Source of the DNA: an uncultured Rikenellaceae bacterium
Lineage (GTDB): Bacteria > Bacteroidota > Bacteroidia > Bacteroidales > VadinHA17
DNA: 64,000 bases
Assembly: GCA_964568875.1 (NCBI GenBank)
Contig: CAZMSH010000002.1
Coordinates: 96,991 to 160,990 of the forward strand
Direction: 5' to 3'
The notes beneath the pieces are model-generated. The model was not told the DNA's origin. It was given only the letters and a program-made list of their open reading frames with translations, and did not search any database. A program made the translations under genes and the position numbers. Positions 1 to 10,235 of the stretch are shown here, one piece after another (position 1 is the first letter of the stretch; every line of letters starts with the position of its first letter).

Positions 1-47
1 ACAATTTTTTTTGCAATCGCATTTGAACAATTCCCCGTCAGAATCAC

Positions 48-78
48 AAAAAAAAAGATCACTGTTTACAGAAACAGT
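48..78 (-). terminator. Putative rho-independent terminator downstream of yidC
   Basis: On the minus strand, a 7-bp stem ACTGTTT/AAACAGT (61-78, 4-nt loop) is followed after GATC by a 9-nt T-run (complement of A-run 48-56). It lies about 100 nt after the yidC stop. The stem is AT-rich, so it is only moderately convincing. Confidence 0.45.
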
Positions 79-177
79 CGTTAATTAAAAACACTCTATA
101 TTTATCCTAAGACGACAACAGTTGCAATAATGATCACAATGCTGCGTCATGATTTCCCCTTTAGAGGCCGGTTAAGA

Positions 178-2148
178 TTATTTCTTCCCTGAGGGATTGT
201 AACCTCTCTTTTTGGCTGCATCTTCCAGCCTCTTCTGCCAATTTGACTTTTTAACCGGTTTCCCTGAGTTTTCGTTTATCTTTTTTAGAATCTTCTCTTC
301 ATCGATGAACCTTTTTGAAAGAAGGTTTTGCAGGAAGGTAATGATATTCGCCAGGAAGTAGTAATATGTCAGGCCGGCAGAAAAGTTATTCAGAATAAGC
401 ATAAACATTACCGGCATAATATACATCATCATCTTCATGCCCGGCATCTGGTCCTGCCCTCCTGTCGGGGAATTGATCTTCATGGTAAGAATCGTCGACA
501 CCGTCATCAGAAGGGTAAAGAGGCTGACATGATCACCATACATCGGGATCGAAAAAGGAAGATCAAGAATTGAATCATATGTAGAGAGGTCATCAGCCCA
601 AAGGAATGATTTCTGTCTGAGCTCAATAGACGCAGGAAAGAACCTGAACATTGCAAACAGGATGGGCATCTGTAGCAACATTGGCAGACAGCCGCCAAGA
701 GGGTTGACTCCTGCCTTTTTATACAATGCCATTGTGGCCTGTTGCTTCTTCATCGCATCTTCCTGCTTCGGATATTTCTTGCCAATTTCATCAACCATAG
801 GCTTCAGCACCTTCATCTTAGCCTGCGACTGGTATGATTTGAAGGTAAGCGGGTAAAGAACGATCTTGATCATTATTGTCAGGATCAGTATAATTATCCC
901 ATAATTGGAAATTGAGTTGTCAAGGACGTTAAAAACAGGGATTATAACATACTGGTTGATAAACCTGATTATGTTTCTTCCCAGGAAAACCAGTTCCTCA
1001 AGGTCAAGATCTAATTTCTTCAGAGATGAAAAATGGTTCGGGCCGAAGTATAACTGAAGATCCATCTCTGTATCTTCTCCCGCAGAATATGGAATACCAG
1101 CTTCTGTCGAAAATTGTCTAAGGTATTTTTCTGAAAGCGGAAGCCTTGTTGATGTAACTGTTCCGTTGAGAAAATATTCTCCGGCGATGATTACCGATGA
1201 AAAGAACTGATCCTTGAATGCGATCCATTTTAGCCTGCTCGATATGTCTGCAGTTTCCAGTTCCTTTGTGGATCTCTCTCTGAACCCATCTACCTCGGCT
1301 TCAAAATATTTATATTTTATTGAAGTGTAGTTATCTTCATTCTGTCGTCCCTTTTCCTGTTGCGGCAGATACATCATCCACTCAAAAGTGAGGCTCCTCT
1401 GGTTAGCGGCGACTATATCATGAAGATTAGTAAACCTAATACTGAAATCTATCATGTACTGATCAGGGTGAACGGTATATATGTACTCAATATACTTATC
1501 ATCACCTGCATAGCTTCTTAGTGCAATGGTTTCAGAATTCCCGGAGGCATTATACTGATACTTCTCATTAACAGGCACAAAGAACAGATCATTGGTCTGA
1601 ACCGCTTTATTGTCGGCTGTGAAAAACCTTACCCCGAATACTGTTGAGTCACCATCAAAAAGAATAAGGGGCCTGCCATCATATGTCTTATAATCTTTCA
1701 GCCTGACAGAGTACACCCTTCCACCTCTTGTGGATATTTTCATCTCCATGAGTTTATTTTCAACGGTAATAAACTCATTCATCCCCGTTGCCGATGAGGC
1801 AAATGCGCCAAATCTCAGCGGATCGGGTCCCTGTTCCTGGCGTAGCTCAGGTTCCGGTTGACTTATTGATACTATTTTTGATGAATCGGGTTCTTCACCA
1901 GCCTCAGTAACAAACAGAACTTCGTTAACCCTGTTTAGCCTGTCTACGGCCTCCTGCTGATTGGGTTTATACTTAAGTGCCTTGAGGTATTCAAGCCTGG
2001 CCTCCTCATTTTCACCTTCCCTGAAAAGAGAGTCACCTCTTTCAATATTCTCGTTATAGGCTTTTGTTAACCTGTTGTTGTTATACAGGCTGAAACCTAT
2101 AAAAATAGCGAAAATCAGTACCAGTCCTGTAATTGTATTTCTGTCCAT
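178..2148 (-). CDS. yidC: Membrane protein insertase YidC (long Bacteroidota form)
   Basis: 656 aa. It has an N-terminal TM, a large periplasmic domain and a C-terminal 60-kDa-insertase core (GCLPMLLQMPILFAMF, YYYFLANIITFLQ) with a basic tail. Confidence 0.95.
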   Translation of the reverse strand: MDRNTITGLVLIFAIFIGFSLYNNNRLTKAYNENIERGDSLFREGENEEARLEYLKALKYKPNQQEAVDRLNRVNEVLFVTEAGEEPDSSKIVSISQPEPELRQEQGPDPLRFGAFASSATGMNEFITVENKLMEMKISTRGGRVYSVRLKDYKTYDGRPLILFDGDSTVFGVRFFTADNKAVQTNDLFFVPVNEKYQYNASGNSETIALRSYAGDDKYIEYIYTVHPDQYMIDFSIRFTNLHDIVAANQRSLTFEWMMYLPQQEKGRQNEDNYTSIKYKYFEAEVDGFRERSTKELETADISSRLKWIAFKDQFFSSVIIAGEYFLNGTVTSTRLPLSEKYLRQFSTEAGIPYSAGEDTEMDLQLYFGPNHFSSLKKLDLDLEELVFLGRNIIRFINQYVIIPVFNVLDNSISNYGIIILILTIMIKIVLYPLTFKSYQSQAKMKVLKPMVDEIGKKYPKQEDAMKKQQATMALYKKAGVNPLGGCLPMLLQMPILFAMFRFFPASIELRQKSFLWADDLSTYDSILDLPFSIPMYGDHVSLFTLLMTVSTILTMKINSPTGGQDQMPGMKMMMYIMPVMFMLILNNFSAGLTYYYFLANIITFLQNLLSKRFIDEEKILKKINENSGKPVKKSNWQKRLEDAAKKRGYNPSGKK

Positions 2149-2208
2149 ATTCTTATCCTGTCAAGTCTTGTCTTAATATAATGAGTTACAAACTTTTGTA
2201 TTGTTTAA

Positions 2209-3828
<1,620 letters not shown>

Positions 3829-3848
3829 TTAGAAACATAACTGCAACT

Positions 3849-6116
3849 CTATTCATCAAGACCTGTTAAATCGATCATTTTAACCTTCTCCTCAAGTATC
3901 CTGATGGTCTTCCTGGCATTCTCAATCTTTTCTTCAACTTCGGAAATCATTGACTCTGCCGCCTTTGACTTTGCAAAGAATCCGATATTGTTCTCCCAAA
4001 GTGTAATATCATTCTCGAGTTGCTTAATTCTTGTATAGAACTTCTCTCTTTCGCTTCTGATCTTTCGTGCCAATTTTGGATTACTCTTAACACTCTCAAG
4101 CTTATTCCTGTATTTCAGAATATTCTTGTCTTCATCGTCAAGCTTCAGCCTGTCGAATTGTTTGTTTAGGGCATTCCGGTACTTCTGATTTATCTCTTCT
4201 TTTACATTGAAAGGCACAAACCCTATCTCTGTCCATCTACGCTGAATATCCTTCAGCTTCTCAAAAGCCTCATTGAAATCAAGATCTTCATTAAACTTTT
4301 CAAGCTCAGTGATAATTTCACTTTTTGCCTTCAGATTATCTTCATATGAGGTATCAACAGTAGCAAAATATTCAGCCTTCCTTGCAAAGAACTGATCACA
4401 GGCTTTTCTGAATCTCTTCCATATTTTGTCAGACTGTTTACGGGGTACAGGTCCTATAAGCTTCCACTCTTTCTGCAGCCTTATGAGAGTATCAGTTGCT
4501 GATTTCCAGTCTGTACTCTCTGTAAATGATTCTGCCTGAATGCATAGTTCTGTTTTCTTTTGCAGATTTTCCTGCTGAACTTCCTTGTTGTCAGAATAAA
4601 ATGCCCTTTTTCTCTCGAAAAAGGCATCACAAGCCTCTCTGAACCGCTGATATATTTTGTTATTGTGCTTCTTGGGTGCAAAACCAATTGTCCGCCATAA
4701 CTTCTGCAGTTTGACTATCTCCTCACTCTTCTCTTCGAAATCCCTGAAGGTTTTAACATCCTGAAGGTTAATGTCTTCTACCTTTTCACAAATAGCTATT
4801 TTCGCCTCCAGGTTCTTTCTCTGTTCATCCTTCTGGTTTTCGAAATATTCGTGATGTCTGCGGTTTATTTTAGAAGTAGCTTCCCTGAAACGTTCCCACA
4901 CTTCGTTCTTTGATTCATGCGGAACAGGACCTATCTCGCGCCACAGGTTATGTAGCTCCTGCAACTCTCTGAATGCATTGACTGCATTCGGTTCCAGAAG
5001 AAGAGCTTCTGCCTTTTCACAAAGTTCAATTTTAGCCTCAAGGTTCTTCTTAAGGTCAAGATCTTTCAGCTCCTTATTAATTTTGATATAATCGTAAAAA
5101 ATCTCAACATTGTGATGATAATTCTCCCACAGATCTTTGAGGGCAGCCTGAGGAACCACGCCTACAGAATGCCATTCATTCTGCAGCGACCTGAACTCCT
5201 GAAATGTCTTGTTTATTGACTCCTCCCTGTTAACAAGATCCTTGATCTTCTCAATTATCTCATATTTCCTTTTAAGATTCTCTACCTTCTCTGCCTCCTG
5301 TACCCTTGACTGGTCTGACCTCTTTGAGCGGTATTTCTCGAGGTAATCTTTAAGTTTGTCTTCAAGCGGATCATGAGCCGGTTTGAAATCTTCTATCTTA
5401 CCTCCCTCATCAAGGAACCTGGTCTTCTGTTCTTCGATTTCGGCCTTGTGCTTCTTGTAGAAGACGATCCTGATTCTTTCAACATCTTCCCTGATCTCAT
5501 TCACCGGTCTGTTTTCAACTATCAGACCCAATGTCTCTACAAGTTCGTTTTTCGAAAAACCGTTATAATCAACCGGGGGTAACTCAATATCCTTATATCT
5601 GTCCTCCTCGGTTTTTGTCATCACGGCTACGTCTCCAACAGCCTCCTCACCTTCAGAATCACTCTCAAACTCCGATTCTTCAAGTTCAGCCTCAATGTCA
5701 CCTTCCGCCTCTGTATCAGAATCTTCTTCAGGTTCTGATTCTTCATCGCTTTCAGCTTTATCTTCCTGCTCGTCATCTGCTGCAGGCCCCGACACATTTT
5801 CAGGCTCTGCTGCCGTTTCATGTTGCTCCTCAGGCTCACTTACACCAGCAGGCATAGATGCAGATATTTCATCCTTATCTTTCAAATCTCCTCCAGTGGC
5901 AGCGTCAGCAGCCTCATCTTCAGAAACTTCATTGACAGAACTCTTTTCTGGCTGGTCAGAATCGGGAAATTCATTAATATCCGGTGATTTATTATCACCA
6001 TCCTCCCTGGTCATTTCATTCGAAGATTCGACAGCATCATCAGATGCTTCGAATTGTTCATTTTGAACAGAATCCTCCGGATTAAGTTTTTTCTTCATCA
6101 ATCCTGTAATTATCAA
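3849..6116 (-). CDS. DUF349 repeat protein with a long polyacidic N-terminal region
   Basis: 755 aa. Five repeats fit the pattern W..IG.VP......W.RF..A...F (e.g. LWREIGPVPHESKNEVWERFREA, EWKLIGPVPRKQSDKIWKRFRKACDQFF). The first ~170 aa are D/E/S-rich. Confidence 0.85.
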   Translation of the reverse strand: MIITGLMKKKLNPEDSVQNEQFEASDDAVESSNEMTREDGDNKSPDINEFPDSDQPEKSSVNEVSEDEAADAATGGDLKDKDEISASMPAGVSEPEEQHETAAEPENVSGPAADDEQEDKAESDEESEPEEDSDTEAEGDIEAELEESEFESDSEGEEAVGDVAVMTKTEEDRYKDIELPPVDYNGFSKNELVETLGLIVENRPVNEIREDVERIRIVFYKKHKAEIEEQKTRFLDEGGKIEDFKPAHDPLEDKLKDYLEKYRSKRSDQSRVQEAEKVENLKRKYEIIEKIKDLVNREESINKTFQEFRSLQNEWHSVGVVPQAALKDLWENYHHNVEIFYDYIKINKELKDLDLKKNLEAKIELCEKAEALLLEPNAVNAFRELQELHNLWREIGPVPHESKNEVWERFREATSKINRRHHEYFENQKDEQRKNLEAKIAICEKVEDINLQDVKTFRDFEEKSEEIVKLQKLWRTIGFAPKKHNNKIYQRFREACDAFFERKRAFYSDNKEVQQENLQKKTELCIQAESFTESTDWKSATDTLIRLQKEWKLIGPVPRKQSDKIWKRFRKACDQFFARKAEYFATVDTSYEDNLKAKSEIITELEKFNEDLDFNEAFEKLKDIQRRWTEIGFVPFNVKEEINQKYRNALNKQFDRLKLDDEDKNILKYRNKLESVKSNPKLARKIRSEREKFYTRIKQLENDITLWENNIGFFAKSKAAESMISEVEEKIENARKTIRILEEKVKMIDLTGLDE

Positions 6117-6344
6117 CTCCTTTATCCTATGAAAAAATCAGTCAATCGCTCATTTTTTCAGAGTACGAAAATATTGAAATATTTATTAAAACTCAAAGGT
6201 TTAAAGAAATTAATCCCCTCGCCTGAAAAACAATGAAAGCATCAAAACCAAATTATATACACCCGTATCAGGTTGAACAGACGATTACATCTGCTTTTTT
6301 TTATACCTTTAAAAAGACTGTACAATTAATATTTTAAAGTCATT

Positions 6345-7598
6345 ATGAGCAGGTGGAAAAAGAGGTTTCAGGTCTTCCGGGAGATTGGCCCGGCAGCTTT
6401 TGTAACGGCAGCATTTATCGGACCCGGCACTCTCACTACCTGCACACTTGCAGGAGCATCATGGGGCTACTCGCTGTTATGGGGGCTTTTATTTTCTGTT
6501 ATCGCTACCATGGTGCTTCAGGAGATGGCTTCACGACTGGGAATAATAGGAAGAATGGGACTTGGCGAAGCCATTACTTCTTCATTTTCAAATCCGGTAT
6601 GGAAAGTAGCTGCAGTGACGTTGGTAATACTGGCAATCGGGATCGGAAATGCAGCGTACCAGACAGGCAACATCACCGGAGCATCAATAGGACTTGAAGC
6701 GGTTACCGGCGTGGTAAGCGCAGGAAAGGGTCCTGTCCTTATACGTATCTGGCCGTCTGTTACCGGTCTTTTTGCTTTTCTTCTGTTGCTGACAGGCAGC
6801 TACAAAATAATTGAGCGAATTCTCGTCACACTGGTAATCATAATGAGCATCACTTTCATTACTACTGCCATTATGGTAAAACCTGACATTTTACCCATTG
6901 CAAAGGGTTTCTTAATGCCACGTATACCTGCCGGTTCGGCTGTTATGCTTATCGGACTTATCGGCACTACCGTCGTTCCCTATAATCTGTTTCTGCATGC
7001 ATCTGCAGCCAAGGAAAAATGGAAAACCAGAGATGACATTTACAAATCCCGTACTGACAGTGTAGTGGCAATCGGCATTGGAGGTATTATTAGTTCGGCT
7101 ATTGTAATAACTTCTTCTGTTGCTTTTTTCGGAACCAGGAAGGAGATTGCAGGAGTAGCAGACCTCGGAGAGCAACTGGAGCCATTGCTGGGGCCTGTGG
7201 CAAAATATTTTATGGCCGCAGGCATATTCTCTGCCGGTGTATCAAGTGCCGTCACTGCTCCTCTTGCAGCAGCATATGCCATCACAGGTGTCCTTCGCCT
7301 TAGCAGCGACATGAAAGCCACTGGTTTCAGACTGATATGGATAGCAGTGTTGATAACAGGGGTTGTCTTTGCGACTTTCGGGCTGAGACCGGTACGTATG
7401 ATCCTTATGGCACAATTCGCGAATGGGCTGCTGCTTCCGATACTTGCAATTTTCCTGCTTAAAGTAATGAACAACAATAATATACTGGGTCCTGACAAAA
7501 ATGGCAGGTTCACCAACATATTGGGTTTATTGATTATATTGATTACCTTTCTGCTTGGGCTTAAAAGCATTTTTAGCGTAACCGGCCTTCTTGCATAA
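6345..7598 (+). CDS. NRAMP-fold (MntH-related) membrane transporter with non-canonical binding-site residues
   Basis: 417 aa, polytopic. The TM1 region reads AFIGPGTLTT where canonical NRAMP has DPGN. The TM6 region reads LIGTTVVPYNLFLHAS where canonical NRAMP has ...ATVMPHNLYLHS. It sits directly upstream of pxpABC. Confidence 0.8.
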   Translation: MSRWKKRFQVFREIGPAAFVTAAFIGPGTLTTCTLAGASWGYSLLWGLLFSVIATMVLQEMASRLGIIGRMGLGEAITSSFSNPVWKVAAVTLVILAIGIGNAAYQTGNITGASIGLEAVTGVVSAGKGPVLIRIWPSVTGLFAFLLLLTGSYKIIERILVTLVIIMSITFITTAIMVKPDILPIAKGFLMPRIPAGSAVMLIGLIGTTVVPYNLFLHASAAKEKWKTRDDIYKSRTDSVVAIGIGGIISSAIVITSSVAFFGTRKEIAGVADLGEQLEPLLGPVAKYFMAAGIFSAGVSSAVTAPLAAAYAITGVLRLSSDMKATGFRLIWIAVLITGVVFATFGLRPVRMILMAQFANGLLLPILAIFLLKVMNNNNILGPDKNGRFTNILGLLIILITFLLGLKSIFSVTGLLA

Positions 7599-7611
7599 AA
7601 AGTATAAAAAC

Positions 7612-8382
7612 ATGAGTGTAGATATTAACTGTGACATTGGCGAGAGCTTCGGTAATTACACCGTTGGCAATGACTCTGCTGTTATGAAGTTCATTTCGTC
7701 TGCAAATATAGCCTGTGGTTTTCATGCAGGCGATTTCATGACAATGAGAAGAACTGTTCTTCTTTGTCTTGAGTCTGGCGTTTCAATGGGAGCACATCCG
7801 GGATATCCCGACTTACAGGGATTCGGCAGACGAAGTATCAGTTTCACCCCTGCAGAGATATATGCAATGGTACTTTATCAGACGGGAGCACTGAAAGCAA
7901 TCATTGAGTCAGAAGGAGGCAGACTTCATCATGTAAAGCCGCATGGTGCAATGTATAATGATGCCGTCGGTGATCAGGAAAAAGCCAGGGCAATAGCAGA
8001 AGCAGTGAGAAAAAGCGGAGAAGACCTGATTCTGTTATGTCTGTACGGATCAAAAATGGAGGAAGCTGCAATTGCAGCCGGAGTTCCATTCGCTACAGAG
8101 GCATTTGCAGACCGACAATATGACTCAACAGGGAGGCTCGTACCAAGGTCTGTTAAGGATTCTGTTATAACTGTTCCCGGCGTCTGCGCCACTAGGGCAG
8201 TACTGATGAAAGAAGAGAAAAGAGTAATGGCGGCTGACGGGAAGTTCATAATGATTAATCCTGATTCAATATGTGTTCACGGAGACACAGACGGAGCAAT
8301 TGAAATTGTTAATGCCATATATAAGGCTCTGGAGGAACACAGGATAGCTGTTGAACCATTTAAAGGAAGGAAGAACAGATGA
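7612..8382 (+). CDS. pxpA: 5-oxoprolinase subunit A (LamB/YcsF family)
   Basis: The N-terminus DINCDIGESFG is typical of LamB/YcsF. The ORF track starts at a TTG at 7591, but the ATG at 7612 removes the overlap with the upstream gene. The stop overlaps the pxpB start (8379-8382). Confidence 0.9.
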   Translation: MSVDINCDIGESFGNYTVGNDSAVMKFISSANIACGFHAGDFMTMRRTVLLCLESGVSMGAHPGYPDLQGFGRRSISFTPAEIYAMVLYQTGALKAIIESEGGRLHHVKPHGAMYNDAVGDQEKARAIAEAVRKSGEDLILLCLYGSKMEEAAIAAGVPFATEAFADRQYDSTGRLVPRSVKDSVITVPGVCATRAVLMKEEKRVMAADGKFIMINPDSICVHGDTDGAIEIVNAIYKALEEHRIAVEPFKGRKNR

Positions 8383-9086
8383 GATTTTCACCTGCGGGAG
8401 ACTCTGCGGTATTTGTTGCTACGGGAGACAAAATAAGCAACGAACTGAGCAATATGAACCGCAGCATAATTGATGCTCTCAGAAAGAGTGAGTTCAGGGG
8501 TCTGAGGGAGTATATCTCCTCCTACACTGGCTTTATGGTTTGTTATGATCCTATGGCTACATCTTATGATGAGGTGGTAGGTCTGATAAAAAGCATAGGG
8601 AAGGTCAGGCAGGCAGAGGAAGAATACACACCCGGTGGCATAATCCTGCCTGTCGCCTATGGCGGGGAATACGGCCCTGACCTCAACGCTGTTGCTGAAA
8701 TAAACGGGTTGACACCCGGAGAAGTGGCTAATATTCATTCTGAAGGAGAATATATTGTTCATATGCTTGGATTTACTCCCGGATTTCCATACCTGGGAGG
8801 CATGGACACAAGAATATCAACGCCCAGAAAGCTGAAACCTTCACTGCGAATTGAAGCAGGATCAGTAGGTATTGCTGAGGATCAGACAGGAATATACCCG
8901 GTGGAAAGTCCCGGAGGATGGCAGATAATAGGCCGAACTCCCTTGATATTATTCGATCCGGAGAGGAAACCTGAATTCCTCATGAAACCCGGGATGAGAA
9001 TCAGGTTTAAGGCAGTAGATAATTACGAATTCTGGCTTATATGCGAGATGATAACGCATGGCGAGTATCAGCTCTCAACATTTTAA
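8379..9086 (+). CDS. pxpB: 5-oxoprolinase subunit B (KipI / allophanate hydrolase subunit 1 family)
   Basis: 235 aa. Motifs FTPGFPYLGG and GSVGIAEDQTGIYPVESPGGWQIIGRTP. Located between pxpA and pxpC. Confidence 0.88.
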   Translation: MRFSPAGDSAVFVATGDKISNELSNMNRSIIDALRKSEFRGLREYISSYTGFMVCYDPMATSYDEVVGLIKSIGKVRQAEEEYTPGGIILPVAYGGEYGPDLNAVAEINGLTPGEVANIHSEGEYIVHMLGFTPGFPYLGGMDTRISTPRKLKPSLRIEAGSVGIAEDQTGIYPVESPGGWQIIGRTPLILFDPERKPEFLMKPGMRIRFKAVDNYEFWLICEMITHGEYQLSTF

Positions 9087-9104
9087 AAATATTATGGAAT
9101 CATT

Positions 9105-10061
9105 ATGAGCAGCATTAAGATAGTCTCACCGGGTTTTTTCACCACAGTTCAGGATAACGGGAGGTACGGTTACCGGTGTTTTGGAATGCCGGTATCAGGA
9201 GCAATGGACTTCTTCTCACACATGGCCGGCAACCTGATAGTTGGAAACGATCCCGGGGAAGCTTCGCTGGAAGCAACGATTAAAGGCCCTGAGATTAAAT
9301 TCAGCCGTAAAACAATGATCGCCATAACAGGTGCAGAAATGGATCCCATGATCAACGGAAAGCCTGTTGAGATGTGGACAGGCATAATAGCAGGCAGAGG
9401 CGACCGGCTTTCATTCGGGTCAGTTACATCAGGTCTGAGATCTTATATCTCCTTTGCAGGAGGAATAGATGTTCCTGAAACAATGGGAAGCCGCTCTACT
9501 TACATAAGAGGGAGGATTGGGGGTGTCATGGGAAGAAAGCTTGAGGAAAATGACAATATCAGGCTGTTTCCTGCAATGACCCTGCTAAGAAAGAAAAGAC
9601 GACTGCCACTGGCTTTGATACCCGAATGGAGAAGGGACACCACCCTCCGCATCATGAAAGGTGTTGACTACGGTGAATTCACCACTGAGGCTTCAGACCT
9701 GTTGGTCAGTTCCCCCTTTGAGGTTACGAATTATTCAGATAGAATGGGCATCAGGCTTTCAGGAACCACTCTGCAACATAAGCGTAAAGCTGATGTAATA
9801 TCATACCCGCTTGTACCCGGAACCATTCAGGTACCGGGAGACGGCAATCCTGTCATTATGCTTGCCGACAGCCAGACTATAGGAGGATACACACAGATTG
9901 CAAATATTATTACTGCAGACTTATGGAAAACAGGTCAGCTCAGGCCGGGTGATGAGGTGAGATTCACCCTAACCGGCTACGATGATGCAATTAAATCACT
10001 GGCAGACCTTTTCAATGAATTGTTTGGCACATTTGGAATTAACAGAATGCCGGGTTTCTGA
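9105..10061 (+). CDS. pxpC: 5-oxoprolinase subunit C (KipA / allophanate hydrolase subunit 2 family)
   Basis: 318 aa. Opens with IKIVSPGFFTTVQDNGRYGYRCFGMPVSGAMD and later carries GTIQVPGDGNPVIMLADSQTIGGY. Operon context with pxpA and pxpB. Confidence 0.88.
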   Translation: MSSIKIVSPGFFTTVQDNGRYGYRCFGMPVSGAMDFFSHMAGNLIVGNDPGEASLEATIKGPEIKFSRKTMIAITGAEMDPMINGKPVEMWTGIIAGRGDRLSFGSVTSGLRSYISFAGGIDVPETMGSRSTYIRGRIGGVMGRKLEENDNIRLFPAMTLLRKKRRLPLALIPEWRRDTTLRIMKGVDYGEFTTEASDLLVSSPFEVTNYSDRMGIRLSGTTLQHKRKADVISYPLVPGTIQVPGDGNPVIMLADSQTIGGYTQIANIITADLWKTGQLRPGDEVRFTLTGYDDAIKSLADLFNELFGTFGINRMPGF

Positions 10062-10085
10062 AATCCGGCAAAGACTTACATACTT

Positions 10086-10235
10086 ATGGATATAAAATTA
10101 ATACTGATTGTTGTACTGATTACGGTTGTGGCAGTTCGTTTTTACAAAAGGCATTTCGGAAAAACGGAAGGTAAGAATAAGAGCAAAGAAGATTCTGCCG
10201 GCACTGACAATTACGAACCTTACTCAGGAGGCTGA
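10086..10235 (+). CDS. Possible 49-aa single-pass membrane protein (below the ORF-track cutoff)
   Basis: My hand translation: MDIKLILIVVLITVVAVRFYKRHFGKTEGKNKSKEDSAGTDNYEPYSGG. It has a hydrophobic helix followed by a charged tail. It starts 24 nt after pxpC. Its 3' end overlaps the convergent HlyD gene by 16 nt. There is no homology evidence. Confidence 0.25.
   Translation: MDIKLILIVVLITVVAVRFYKRHFGKTEGKNKSKEDSAGTDNYEPYSGG

Noticed and set aside
5531-6066. Plus-strand ORFs of 108 and 123 aa (Ser/Pro/Gln-rich) opposite the DUF349 gene
   Set aside because: They mirror the GAA/GAT/TCA-rich acidic low-complexity region of a well-supported minus-strand gene. They have no independent motif, so they are shadow ORFs.
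7040-7570. 176-aa minus-strand ORF inside the NRAMP-like gene
   Set aside because: It is fully antisense to a polytopic transporter gene with clear family motifs. Its composition is typical of an antisense frame, and it has no start context or motif.
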